Below, in pieces: positions 1 through 9,408 of a stretch of DNA of 64,000 nt (positions are counted from its first letter, which is position 1; each line of letters begins with the position of its first letter). Location of the stretch: NCBI GenBank assembly GCA_965140585.1, contig OZ223269.1:832001-896000 (forward strand). Reading direction: 5' to 3'. The position numbers and the translations under genes were made by a program. This stretch comes from Spirochaetia bacterium (GTDB lineage: Bacteria; Spirochaetota; Spirochaetia; UBA9216). The notes under the pieces were generated by a model. That model had not been told where the DNA came from. It saw only the letters and a list, made by a program, of their open reading frames with translations, and ran no database searches.

Positions 1-321
1 GTTAAAACTGGTTCAGGGCGGGAAGCGCACACTGAATACAGAGTTTTGAAAGTGTTTAAACAATATTCCTTTGTAGCGCTCTATCCTAAAACCGGACGTA
101 CACATCAGTTGCGTGTTCACATGAAAAGTATGGGCACGCCGATATGCGGAGACCCGGTCTACTCTTCAAAAAAAGATCCTTTCGGCTTTGGACTTTCACT
201 TCATGCCTATAAACTGAGAATCAGGGTGCCGGAAAACGGTTCAGAGAAAGAATCAGTTTTCAGAGCCCCCCTGCCTGAGCGCTTTAAAATTATTCTAATG
301 GATCTTTCAAAAAGGGATTAA
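1..321 (+). CDS. RluA/RluD-family pseudouridine synthase, 3' part (5'-truncated by window)
   Basis: Frame open from base 1; motifs TGRTHQLRVHM, PICGDPVY, LHAYKL. Confidence 0.9.
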   Translation, partial: VKTGSGREAHTEYRVLKVFKQYSFVALYPKTGRTHQLRVHMKSMGTPICGDPVYSSKKDPFGFGLSLHAYKLRIRVPENGSEKESVFRAPLPERFKIILMDLSKRD

Positions 322-862
322 ACATTTTTTCAGCTTTTATTGTAGTCGGCGCACCATGACCTGGAAAAATCAGAAGATCATCTTCCATCCCGAAAACCTT
401 GTCCCTGATGTTGGATTTCAGCTGTTCCTCGGCAATCCTTGAAAGTCCGTCATCAAGACTTCCGGCATATATAACATCGCCTGTAAAAAGCATGTTTTGA
501 ATACGGAATATCATTGAGTCGGATGAATGTCCGGGAACATTGATCACATTAACAATGAAGTCATCAAGATGCAGGATATCGGAATCATTTATCTGATTGA
601 TTTCTACATCGAACGGAAGTTCCATATTACTGTAAATATCAGCATCATAGATTTTTTTAAGGGTCTTTATTCCATTAACATGCGACTTGTGATTGTGAGT
701 AACAAGAATATGTTTTATATAGAAATTATTGTTCTCTATCTGTTTTAAAAGCGGTATGTCCATTACGCCCGGATCAATGATAATCGCATTACCACCTTCG
801 GATGGTCCTAAAAGATAGGTGTTGGAGAAATTTGCAAGAACAAAATGGAAAAACAGTTTCAT
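290..862 (-). CDS. MBL-fold metallo-hydrolase (glyoxalase II-like)
   Basis: IIDPG, THNHKSH, PGHS, FTGD, PGHG motifs. Confidence 0.85.
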   Translation of the reverse strand: MKLFFHFVLANFSNTYLLGPSEGGNAIIIDPGVMDIPLLKQIENNNFYIKHILVTHNHKSHVNGIKTLKKIYDADIYSNMELPFDVEINQINDSDILHLDDFIVNVINVPGHSSDSMIFRIQNMLFTGDVIYAGSLDDGLSRIAEEQLKSNIRDKVFGMEDDLLIFPGHGAPTTIKAEKMFNPFLKDPLE

Positions 863-1455
863 GGATTATCTCCCCGGGAAAATTCTGCTTCCTCGGAATT
901 GGAATACTTAAAACTCACATTCTGACGGGTTGAGCTGATAAAGTTTACCTTCTTAAGGTTGCAGTCGTTGAAATTAACATTTTTCATTTCTGTTGAAACA
1001 AAGCAGGAATAATAGAGGTCACAGCTTTTGAAATCGGCAATATCAAAGTTCGCACCGTTAAAATTTGTATGAAGAATATCAGAACCGTTAAAAACGCAGT
1101 CAGTGAAAACAGAGCCGGCAAAAACTGAATATTTAATATCCGTATCTGCAAAGCTGCAATTGTAGAATTTACAAAAATCAAAAAAACAGAGCTTAATACT
1201 GATGTTGTCAAAGTTCATGTTTGTAAATATTGTACCGGAAAATTTACTGGTAATGATACTTTTACAGGGTATATGGAAATTTTCTATATGCCCCTTGCAT
1301 AATTTAAAGTTCATCATTTGAGCGCAATCGCTTAGCTGTGATACTGTCTGCCTTAAAAACCCTTCGGTATCATCAATATGATTAAAGCAGTATTTACTTC
1401 CTGATACCGCATATTCCTGACAATCATCTTGCAGGCATTTTTTGAATGAAAACAT
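859..1455 (-). CDS. Pentapeptide-repeat protein with N-terminal Cys/His motif
   Basis: 5-residue periodic F/L repeats (FYNCSFADTDIKYSVFAGSVFTDCVFNGSD); N-terminal C-x4-C-x10-C-x2-H. Confidence 0.85.
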   Translation of the reverse strand: MFSFKKCLQDDCQEYAVSGSKYCFNHIDDTEGFLRQTVSQLSDCAQMMNFKLCKGHIENFHIPCKSIITSKFSGTIFTNMNFDNISIKLCFFDFCKFYNCSFADTDIKYSVFAGSVFTDCVFNGSDILHTNFNGANFDIADFKSCDLYYSCFVSTEMKNVNFNDCNLKKVNFISSTRQNVSFKYSNSEEAEFSRGDNP

Positions 1456-1461
1456 CTTTAA

Positions 1462-1490
1462 ATCATATCAGCCTTTTTCAAAAAACTCAA
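1462..1490 (-). promoter_or_regulatory. Putative sigma70 promoter for the pentapeptide gene (likely leaderless)
   Basis: Minus strand TTGAGT-17nt-TATGAT with TG extension, 6 nt before the ATG at 1455. Confidence 0.5.
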
Positions 1491-1494
1491 ATAC

Positions 1495-1524
1495 TGGACA
1501 ATCAATTATTATTAAGGTTATTAT
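1495..1524 (+). promoter_or_regulatory. Putative sigma70 promoter for the Cys-rich ORF-murI-rsgA-mutS2 operon (likely leaderless)
   Basis: TGGACA-18nt-TATTAT, 5 nt before the ATG at 1530. Confidence 0.45.
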
Positions 1525-1529
1525 CAGGT

Positions 1530-1820
1530 ATGTCAGTATGTTATTTCTGCGGATATGAATTTGATTACGGTTTTAAGCCCGGTAGAAATACTGAGTGCCC
1601 CGAATGCCGGAAACCAGTGCACTGCTGTAAAAACTGCAGTTTTTACAAGCCCGGAATGAAATGGGACTGCAGTGAGAATATCAGTGAGAACGTAAAAGAT
1701 AAAGAGTCCGGCAATTTCTGTGACTATTTCGTATTTGGAAACTCAAAATCAGACGGAGCAGGAGCGCTTAAAGCTTCTGATGCCCGTAAGGGTTTTGATA
1801 ATCTTTTCGGCAATGGATAG
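1530..1820 (+). CDS. Small Cys-rich (putative Zn/Fe-binding) hypothetical protein
   Basis: Start moved to ATG 1530 because 1446 overlaps the divergent gene; 9 Cys incl. CYFC, CPEC, CCKNC, NFCDYF; overlaps murI start. Confidence 0.75.
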   Translation: MSVCYFCGYEFDYGFKPGRNTECPECRKPVHCCKNCSFYKPGMKWDCSENISENVKDKESGNFCDYFVFGNSKSDGAGALKASDARKGFDNLFGNG

Positions 1821-2607
1821 CAGACCGGTAGCATTCATTGATTCAGGAGTCGGTGGTCTGCCGTATCTGAAATGGGTCAAACAGCATCTTCCTTTGGAAA
1901 AATTTATTTATATCGCCGATAACGCGAATTTTCCCTATGGGCCGAAGCAACGTGAGGAGCTTCAGATTCTTCTCGAAACGCTTGTTCGAAAGCTTATTGA
2001 AAAACATAATCCGAAGATTATTGTAGTAGCCTGCAACACTGCCTCGGTTACCGCCCTTGCATATCTTAGAATGAAATTTGATATTCCTTTTGTCGGTACT
2101 GTACCGGCAGTAAAAACTGCAGCCCTTAAATCGGTTAATAAAAAAATAGGACTAATGGCAACCGAGCGAACCTTGAATGATGTTTATACTGAAGCACTCA
2201 TTCATGAACATGCTTCCGGCTGTGAGATTTACCGTTTTTCAGGAACAGAAATAATCGATTTTATCGAAAAGAAGCTTTATGACTCATCAGATGAGGAAAA
2301 GCAGAAAGTCCTGAGCCCTGCAATGAAGTTTTTCTCAGATAACAATACAGATAAGATAGTTCTCGGATGTACTCACTTTCTGCTTATGGAAGAGGAATTA
2401 AGAAAATATAATTCAGGAAATTTTGAAATTATTGATTCGAGGGACGGTGTCGGCAATCAGATTATTCGAGTTCTCACAAATAATAATCTATTGTCAGAAG
2501 AAAAAAGAGGCAGTGATCTTTTTATACTTACTGATAAATCGGGAACCTCAGAAAAACTGAGGAATTCTACCTGGATTCTGGAAGAGTACGGATTATGCGC
2601 GGAATAG
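1813..2607 (+). CDS. murI: Glutamate racemase
   Basis: FIDSGVGGL, FPYG, VACNTAS, LGCTHF; start moved to ATG 1813. Confidence 0.95.
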   Translation: MDSRPVAFIDSGVGGLPYLKWVKQHLPLEKFIYIADNANFPYGPKQREELQILLETLVRKLIEKHNPKIIVVACNTASVTALAYLRMKFDIPFVGTVPAVKTAALKSVNKKIGLMATERTLNDVYTEALIHEHASGCEIYRFSGTEIIDFIEKKLYDSSDEEKQKVLSPAMKFFSDNNTDKIVLGCTHFLLMEEELRKYNSGNFEIIDSRDGVGNQIIRVLTNNNLLSEEKRGSDLFILTDKSGTSEKLRNSTWILEEYGLCAE

Positions 2608-3524
2608 TTCTATACGGAATAAATAATATCTATACCGTTGAAACCGATAACGGTACCTTTGAATGCCGTTTCAAGGGGAAAAAACTGAAAGGTGCTGAAG
2701 ATGAATACAATCCCCTGGCATCCGGCGACTATGTTGAAATTGAAATAGATGAGCATCATCCCGGAAAGGCCATGATTATCTCCAGATATCCCAGAAGTAA
2801 TTCCTTCGCCAGATGGAACCGTAAACGTAACTGTATTCAGACAATAGCTGCAAATATTGATCTTGCAGTATGTATTCTTTCTCCCGAATCTCCTCCCTTC
2901 CGGCCCCGATTCTGCGACAGGGTTCTTGTCAACTGTGAACAGAATATTGAGGTCCTTATAGTTCTTAATAAAATTGATCAGTTTATATCAGAAGAGGTTG
3001 AACGCTGGCTTGAAATATGGCAGTCGCTCGGATACCGTATTCACAAGTGCAGTACAGTTACCGGAGAGGGTCTTGAAGAGCTTAAGGACATCATTTCAGA
3101 CAGAACCTCAGCCTTTGTCGGCCAGTCAGGTGTCGGTAAGTCTTCTGTTCTAAACTGCATAAATCCTGATTTCAATTTCCGTACAGGCGAGGTTTCAGAT
3201 AAATTCAATAAGGGCACTCATACAACATGCTATGCAGTGCTTGATGTATGGGAAAGAGGCAGGATAATTGATACGCCGGGTATCAAGGAAATTGATCCAG
3301 TCGGTATGGAACCTGAAAATCTGTCACATTTTTTGCCTGAATTTGTTCCATTTTTAAACGACTGTTCACACAGCCAGTGCCTGCACGATCATGAACCCGG
3401 ATGCAGAGTTAAAGAAGCCGTTAAAAACGGAGAAATAAGTGAAGAGCGATATGACAGTTATCTCAGAATCCTCGAAAATCTGAAAAAAAGAACTGAATAC
3501 AATAAATATAAAAAGGGGAAGTAA
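2595..3524 (+). CDS. rsgA: Ribosome small subunit-dependent GTPase A
   Basis: OB-fold N-terminus, NKID, GQSGVGKSS, DTPG, C-terminal CSHSQCLHDHEPGC zinc finger. Confidence 0.95.
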   Translation: MRGIVLYGINNIYTVETDNGTFECRFKGKKLKGAEDEYNPLASGDYVEIEIDEHHPGKAMIISRYPRSNSFARWNRKRNCIQTIAANIDLAVCILSPESPPFRPRFCDRVLVNCEQNIEVLIVLNKIDQFISEEVERWLEIWQSLGYRIHKCSTVTGEGLEELKDIISDRTSAFVGQSGVGKSSVLNCINPDFNFRTGEVSDKFNKGTHTTCYAVLDVWERGRIIDTPGIKEIDPVGMEPENLSHFLPEFVPFLNDCSHSQCLHDHEPGCRVKEAVKNGEISEERYDSYLRILENLKKRTEYNKYKKGK

Positions 3525-3525
3525 T

Positions 3526-5898
3526 CTGGAAAAGCATACAATTGAGCTGCTTGATTTTTACTCAGTTAAGAAAAATGTATCTGAATACGCTTTCTCTCCG
3601 GGCGGAGCGCTCCTTATACTCACACAGGAACCTGATACCGACTCAAAAGTTTTAAATTATAAAAAGGATTTTGTTTCCGACTGGAAGAAGCTCCTGAGCT
3701 CTGATCTGAAACGGCCTTCTTTTAGTTTTACAGACATATACTTTACAGATAAACTCGGCAAAAAAGGAATGGTTCTTGAAGGACAGGAACTTGCAGCCGC
3801 AGCTGATTTTATAATTTCATCCTTACGGTTGAAGAAATACTGCACATCTGTTCCTGAACAGGGAATTTCGATGTCAGGAATTCTCTCTGAAGCAGCCGAA
3901 AAAATACCGGATCTGCACCAGTGTTCAGACTCCATATTCAAAGAAATTAATCCTGATGGAACTGTTAAGGAAGATCATCCGCTTTTAAAGAGCGCCAGAG
4001 CTAAAATTGCCGCTCTTCATAAGAAGATAAGCAGAATATCATCTGATTTTATTTCTGATGATAAAGGAATATGGCAGAATACAGTTCCGTCCCAGCGCGA
4101 TGGAAGAATTGTTCTTCCTCTGAAAACTAATTATAGAGGAAGAGTTAAAGGTCTGGTTCATGAGTTTTCATCAAGCGGAGCAACTGTCTATATTGAACCT
4201 TTTGAGCTTGTAGAACTTAACAACCAGATGAGTTACGAGCAGAATCAGCTCGCGCAGAAAGTTAACAAAATATACAGGGCCTTAACAGAAAAGCTGAATG
4301 ACAGCTTTCAGGATTTTCTTTTCCTAATAGATACTGTATCCGAGATTGATTCTTATTATGCCAGAGCAGTTCACTCAATTCGAAACAGATGTGTCAGACC
4401 CGTTGAGATAGAGAGGGGAATAACTATCAATCAGGGTCGTCATCCTGCACTCGGTTCAAAGGCTGTTCCCATAACAATCTCAATAAACCCGGAAATTAAA
4501 ACTTTAATTATTACCGGTCCGAATGCCGGAGGTAAGACAGTTACGCTCAAAACCTGCGGCATTTTTATATTAATGAACCAGTTCGCACTTGAACTTCCGG
4601 CTGAAGAAGGTACTGAAATAAGCCTGTATACCGATATCATAGCCGACATCGGTGATGATCAGTCTATCGAAGAATCGCTGTCTACTTTCAGCGGACATAT
4701 GAAAAGGATTTCAGAAATCCTCAGAAAATCAGACAACCGAACCCTGGTGCTCCTTGATGAGCTTGGTTCAGGTACTGATCCGGTTCAGGGTTCCGCTATT
4801 GCCTCATCGGTCCTTGAGGAACTACTGGGACGGAATGTTACAACTGTCGTAACCACACACCATTCAGCTGTTAAAAGATTCGGGTATACCAGGAATGGTG
4901 CCGCCAATGCTAGCGTAGAGTTTGATTCTGAAACAATGAAGCCAACCTATAGAATAATTGAGGGCGTACCTGGAGAGAGTCATGCTGTTGAAATAGCTTT
5001 ATCCTGCGGTATAGACAGCCGGATCATCGATTCTGCAAAAAAACTTATAGATGATGGAGATTCCTCCGTTGAAAGTATGATAGCCGAACTTGAAAGACGT
5101 CAGAGGGAGTTCCTGGTAAGAGAAAAAGAGCAGCAGGATCGTGAATCGAAATTCAATGAAGTAAGAAAAAAGAAAGATTTGGAAATCCTTAAGCTCAGAC
5201 AGCAGAATATGATATTGAAAGAATCAGAATTCGGTGAGCTTAAAAGTTTTATTCAGCGAACAAGAAGTGATCTGGAGAACCTTGTCAGAGAACTTCGTGA
5301 AGGTGAAATAACACGTGAAAAGAATTTAAAAGTAAAAAGTTTTATTGAAAATATGAGCGGTGTACTTGAAGATGAAAAAGTCAAACTCGATTTGGAAAAA
5401 GATTCGGTAGACTATATTGAAAAGGGTTCAAGTGAAAACCGTGATTTGAATATCGAGCTATCAGAAGGTATGCAGATAATAAACAGAAAAACCAGAAAAA
5501 AGGGCATACTCATTGAAAAAAGAAAGAATGATGAATGGATAGCCTCTTTCGGTAATATTAAACTGAATGTTAAAGTTAAGGATATAGAACCCCTTGCTGC
5601 AGATAAGAAAAGCGAAAGTAAAATCAGTATTGCCAGCAGCGGTTTTGATATAAAAGCCAGCTTCGAACTTGATATTCGGGGTATGCGCGTGGATGAAGCA
5701 CGTGATGCCCTTGAACGTCAGCTTGATGGTGCAATTTTAAGCAGTCTAAATGAGTTTTCGGTGATTCATGGCCTTGGTGATGGTATTCTTCAGAAGTTCG
5801 TGCATGATTTTCTGAAAAAAAACAGAAACGTAAAAGAGTTTTTTTTCTCGGATGCTGAATCCGGAGGATTTGGAAAGACTATTGTTAAGCTGAAATAA
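3526..5898 (+). CDS. mutS2: Endonuclease MutS2 (probable CTG start at 3526)
   Basis: GPNAGGKT Walker A, SLSTFSGHM, LLDELGSGTDP, C-terminal Smr (LDIRGM, IHGLGDG). The frame is open 81 codons upstream of ATG 3769 and encodes a MutS2-like N-terminus, LEKHTIELLDFYSVK. Confidence 0.92.
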   Translation: MEKHTIELLDFYSVKKNVSEYAFSPGGALLILTQEPDTDSKVLNYKKDFVSDWKKLLSSDLKRPSFSFTDIYFTDKLGKKGMVLEGQELAAAADFIISSLRLKKYCTSVPEQGISMSGILSEAAEKIPDLHQCSDSIFKEINPDGTVKEDHPLLKSARAKIAALHKKISRISSDFISDDKGIWQNTVPSQRDGRIVLPLKTNYRGRVKGLVHEFSSSGATVYIEPFELVELNNQMSYEQNQLAQKVNKIYRALTEKLNDSFQDFLFLIDTVSEIDSYYARAVHSIRNRCVRPVEIERGITINQGRHPALGSKAVPITISINPEIKTLIITGPNAGGKTVTLKTCGIFILMNQFALELPAEEGTEISLYTDIIADIGDDQSIEESLSTFSGHMKRISEILRKSDNRTLVLLDELGSGTDPVQGSAIASSVLEELLGRNVTTVVTTHHSAVKRFGYTRNGAANASVEFDSETMKPTYRIIEGVPGESHAVEIALSCGIDSRIIDSAKKLIDDGDSSVESMIAELERRQREFLVREKEQQDRESKFNEVRKKKDLEILKLRQQNMILKESEFGELKSFIQRTRSDLENLVRELREGEITREKNLKVKSFIENMSGVLEDEKVKLDLEKDSVDYIEKGSSENRDLNIELSEGMQIINRKTRKKGILIEKRKNDEWIASFGNIKLNVKVKDIEPLAADKKSESKISIASSGFDIKASFELDIRGMRVDEARDALERQLDGAILSSLNEFSVIHGLGDGILQKFVHDFLKKNRNVKEFFFSDAESGGFGKTIVKLK

Positions 5899-5929
5899 TT
5901 TAGATATCTGTTAAAAAAATAATGTTTTA

Positions 5930-6343
5930 TTGAGGTTATACATAAACGTGGTTTATAGTCAGAAGATTAGAGAGTTTGATGACAAATTAAAAAAAATTTT
6001 CGATATTATTGACGATTATCTGGAAAACAATTACGGTAATAGATACAGATTACATCCAAACCGACCAGAACGGGGAAAAACTGCTAACAAAGCTAGTGAC
6101 GGCCTGTTTAACGTCGGCGCAAGTTTCAGCGCAGGCTACGGCAGTGTCCATGGGAGGGGATACGTTGTAGATGTCGATCTGGTAACCCTTGACTATGTTC
6201 CGGAGGAAGTGTTCCGGCGTATTGAAGGGGAAGTCGGAGATCTTTTGAGAGAAATCATTACCGAAGTTTTTCCTGAACAGGATATTCATGTTTCCAGAGA
6301 TGGAAATGTTCTCAAAATTTATGGAGATCTCATCGTAAAGTAG
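5930..6343 (+). CDS. Hypothetical protein between mutS2 and the V-ATPase operon
   Basis: 137-aa ORF filling the gap; start may be GTG 5948. Confidence 0.7.
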   Translation: MRLYINVVYSQKIREFDDKLKKIFDIIDDYLENNYGNRYRLHPNRPERGKTANKASDGLFNVGASFSAGYGSVHGRGYVVDVDLVTLDYVPEEVFRRIEGEVGDLLREIITEVFPEQDIHVSRDGNVLKIYGDLIVK

Positions 6344-6379
6344 TTCATTTATAAAATTATACTTTTCACAAAGACGGTG

Positions 6380-6408
6380 TTGCGTCTGCAGGAAAGGTTT
6401 AATAATAT
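6380..6408 (+). promoter_or_regulatory. Putative sigma70 promoter of the V-ATPase operon
   Basis: TTGCGT-17nt-TAATAT; GAGG RBS before ATG 6443. Confidence 0.45.
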
Positions 6409-6442
6409 ATAGTAATAGATTCTGATTAAATGTGAGGATTAT

Positions 6443-7048
6443 ATGGACGTTCAGCTTAAAGAACTTTTAGAAAAGATTAATAAAGAAGGCGTTCAAGACG
6501 CCGAACAGAAAGCCTCTGAGATTGTTTCCGGTGCTGAAAATAAGGCAGGAAAAATTGTTGCTGAAGCAGAAAAAAAAGCGGAAAAAATCATTGCAGATGC
6601 AAAGGCAGAGGCTGCAAAGGCTGAAGCCGGCGGAAAAGCTGCGATCACACAGGCGGGGCGCGACCTTGTTCTTAAAACAAAAACTGAAATTGAAAAACTT
6701 TTTAATTCCATCATAGAAGGCGAAATCAAGGATATATACAAGGGTAAGGTTCTTGAGGATGCTGTTGTTACCGTAGTGAAAAGCTGGTCTAAGGACAGCG
6801 CTGCTGCAGTACAGCTGGCTGAAAAAGATCTCAAGGAACTTGAATCGGGACTTAAATCGAAACTTGCTGCAGAACTGAAAGCGGGTTTTGAAATTAAACC
6901 GTTCAGCGGTATTGAATCCGGGTTCAGGGTTTCTGAAAAAGACGGTTCAGCCTACTATAATTTTACATCTGAGGGTATTGCAGAGGTATTCTCGGCACTG
7001 CTTAATCCGAAGCTTGCAGAGATCGTTAAAGAAGCTGTAAAGGAGTAA
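6443..7048 (+). CDS. ntpE: V/A-type ATP synthase subunit E
   Basis: MDVQLKELLEKINKEGV N-terminus, Ala/Glu/Lys coiled coil; first gene of the operon. Confidence 0.85.
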   Translation: MDVQLKELLEKINKEGVQDAEQKASEIVSGAENKAGKIVAEAEKKAEKIIADAKAEAAKAEAGGKAAITQAGRDLVLKTKTEIEKLFNSIIEGEIKDIYKGKVLEDAVVTVVKSWSKDSAAAVQLAEKDLKELESGLKSKLAAELKAGFEIKPFSGIESGFRVSEKDGSAYYNFTSEGIAEVFSALLNPKLAEIVKEAVKE

Positions 7049-7052
7049 TATT

Positions 7053-7607
7053 TTGGCTCAGTATTATTACACGGTAGCATCACTTCCGATGCTGTCATAT
7101 GAGCATGAACCTCCTATTGATACACAGTATTTTCTTGATTCATGCATTAACACTGTAAATGCGGAAGATTACAGAATACTTTGCAGTGCTGATTTAGTTC
7201 CGAATGATGCTGCAGAAGACAGTATTCTTATTCTCTGGACCAGCTGGGAAAAAACACTCAGAAACGAGCTTGTAAAAATGCGTTCCGCTTCAACCGGGCT
7301 CGATGCGGAGTCATATATCCGGGAAAACAATTATTCTACCGGTGCTTATGATGCAGCCAGAGAAGCCTACAATTCTGCAAATCCGCTGTTAGGAGAAGAT
7401 GTCCTGAATAAAGCCCGATGGGCATTTCTGGATAATCTGGAAGTAGGTCATTATTTCGACCTGTCCAGACTGATTATTTACTACCTCAAGCTTCAGCTGC
7501 TTCAACGCAGACAGCTACTGAAGCCTGAAGTCGGAAAAAAGAAATATTCGGAATTATATAATCAGATTACGGATAAAATACATCAATCGTACGATGGAGA
7601 ATTATAG
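7053..7607 (+). CDS. DUF2764-family V-ATPase-associated protein (subunit C-like)
   Basis: YYYTVASLP, LRNELVKMR, HYFDLSRLIIYYLKLQLL; position between E and A. Confidence 0.8.
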   Translation: MAQYYYTVASLPMLSYEHEPPIDTQYFLDSCINTVNAEDYRILCSADLVPNDAAEDSILILWTSWEKTLRNELVKMRSASTGLDAESYIRENNYSTGAYDAAREAYNSANPLLGEDVLNKARWAFLDNLEVGHYFDLSRLIIYYLKLQLLQRRQLLKPEVGKKKYSELYNQITDKIHQSYDGEL

Positions 7608-9386
7608 ATGGCAGTTAGTAACGGAAAAGTAATAGGTGTAAATGGAAACATGGTTTCCGTCGAAGTCGACGGTGTTGTTTCCATGAATGAAGTAGCGTAT
7701 ATCGAAGTTGGCGATCAACGCCTTAAAGCTGAGGTAATTCGAATAAAGGGAAGCAAAGCTGAACTCCAGGTTTTTGAAATGACCAAGGGAATAGGTATCG
7801 GTGACAATGTATCCTTCACCGAAGACATGCTTGCAGTTGAGCTTGGCCCGGGTCTGCTCGGACAGATTTATGACGGTCTTCAGAATCCGCTTCCTCAGCT
7901 TGCAGAAAAATGCGGGTTCTTCCTTGAGAGAGGCGTCTATCTTGATGCTCTCCCTAGTGAAACAAAGTGGAAATTTACTCCGAAGGTAGAAGTCGGAGCA
8001 AAGATTGAAAAGGGCGATACTATAGGTACTGTACCTGAGGGAATCTTTGAGCATAGAATCATGGTTCCATTCAACTATTTTGATACATACACAGTTACAA
8101 GTGTAGCTTCAGCAGGAGAATACACGGTAAGAGACAAAATTGCGGAAATTACCGACTCAAAGGGAAACAAATTTCAGCTGACAATGAGCTTTAACTGGCC
8201 GGTTAAGAGGCCGATTACCAATTATGTTGAAAGAATGCGACCGACAAAGCCCATGGTAACAAAACTCCGGCTGATCGATACATTCTTTCCGGTTGCGCTT
8301 GGCGGAACATACTGTATTCCAGGACCTTTTGGTGCCGGTAAAACAGTTCTGCAGCAGGTAACCAGCCGAAACGCTGATGTTGATATAGTAATCGTCGCCG
8401 CATGCGGTGAGCGTGCCGGTGAGGTTGTAGAGACACTCAAGGAATTTCCTGAACTTATTGACCCCAAAACCGGCAAGAGTCTTATGGAGAGAACTATTAT
8501 TATCTGTAATACCTCTTCAATGCCGGTTGCTGCCCGTGAAGCTTCAGTATATACGGCTGTAACACTTGCTGAGTACTACAGGCAGATGGGACTGAACGTT
8601 CTGCTTCTTGCAGACTCTACATCAAGATGGGCTCAGGCAATGCGTGAAATGTCCGGAAGACTTGAAGAGATTCCGGGTGAAGAAGCTTTCCCTGCATACC
8701 TTGAATCAACAATAGCGAGTTTCTATGAAAGAGCAGGACGTGTTATGCTTAAAGACGGTTCTGAAGGTTCTGTTACAATAGGCGGTACAGTTTCTCCTGC
8801 CGGCGGTAACTTTGAAGAGCCGGTAACCCAGGCAACCCTGAAAGTTGTAGGTGCATTCCACGGTCTTTCAAGAGAGCGTTCTGATGCCCGTAAATATCCT
8901 GCAATTCATCCTCTCGAAAGCTGGAGTAAATACAAGGGTATTCTTGACCTTGAAAAGACTGAAATTGCCCGTTCGCTTATCCTTAGAGGAAATGAAGTTG
9001 AACAGATGATGAAGGTTGTAGGTGAAGAAGGTACAAGTATTGATGACTACATCGTTTATCTCAAAGGAGACTTCCTTGATTCAGTTTACATGCAGCAGAA
9101 TTCTTTCGACCCTGTCGACAGTTCAGTCAGTGTTGAAAGACAGAATCATATCTTTGATATTCTGTTCAAGGTGCTGACTTCTACACTTTCACTCAAGGAT
9201 AAGGACGAGGCACGAACCTGGTTCTATCAGCTTAGGCAGAGATTCCTTGATTACAACGGAGCGGAGTGGGGCAATGATGAGTTCGTTCGGCTTGAGAAAG
9301 AAATAACCAGTATGATAGATGAAAAAGTTTCCGGCATTGACGAGAGACTTGTTTCAAATGCCGCAGATGATGCGGAAGAAAATTAA
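7608..9386 (+). CDS. ntpA: V/A-type ATP synthase subunit A
   Basis: GPFGAGKT, CGERAGE, DSTSRWAQAMRE, EEAFPAYL. Confidence 0.97.
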   Translation: MAVSNGKVIGVNGNMVSVEVDGVVSMNEVAYIEVGDQRLKAEVIRIKGSKAELQVFEMTKGIGIGDNVSFTEDMLAVELGPGLLGQIYDGLQNPLPQLAEKCGFFLERGVYLDALPSETKWKFTPKVEVGAKIEKGDTIGTVPEGIFEHRIMVPFNYFDTYTVTSVASAGEYTVRDKIAEITDSKGNKFQLTMSFNWPVKRPITNYVERMRPTKPMVTKLRLIDTFFPVALGGTYCIPGPFGAGKTVLQQVTSRNADVDIVIVAACGERAGEVVETLKEFPELIDPKTGKSLMERTIIICNTSSMPVAAREASVYTAVTLAEYYRQMGLNVLLLADSTSRWAQAMREMSGRLEEIPGEEAFPAYLESTIASFYERAGRVMLKDGSEGSVTIGGTVSPAGGNFEEPVTQATLKVVGAFHGLSRERSDARKYPAIHPLESWSKYKGILDLEKTEIARSLILRGNEVEQMMKVVGEEGTSIDDYIVYLKGDFLDSVYMQQNSFDPVDSSVSVERQNHIFDILFKVLTSTLSLKDKDEARTWFYQLRQRFLDYNGAEWGNDEFVRLEKEITSMIDEKVSGIDERLVSNAADDAEEN

Positions 9387-9408
9387 TTCGAGTCGGGAGT
9401 AGATTAAG

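Noticed and set aside
859-1455. Qnr quinolone-resistance gene
   Set aside because: Generic pentapeptide repeats in a housekeeping context; no Qnr-specific features or mobile context recognisable
6493-6834. Ala/Ser-rich antisense ORF and the many similar short overlapping ORFs in the track
   Set aside because: Antisense or out-of-frame shadows of codon-biased genes (V-ATPase, gap, pgk, tpiA, cfpA)
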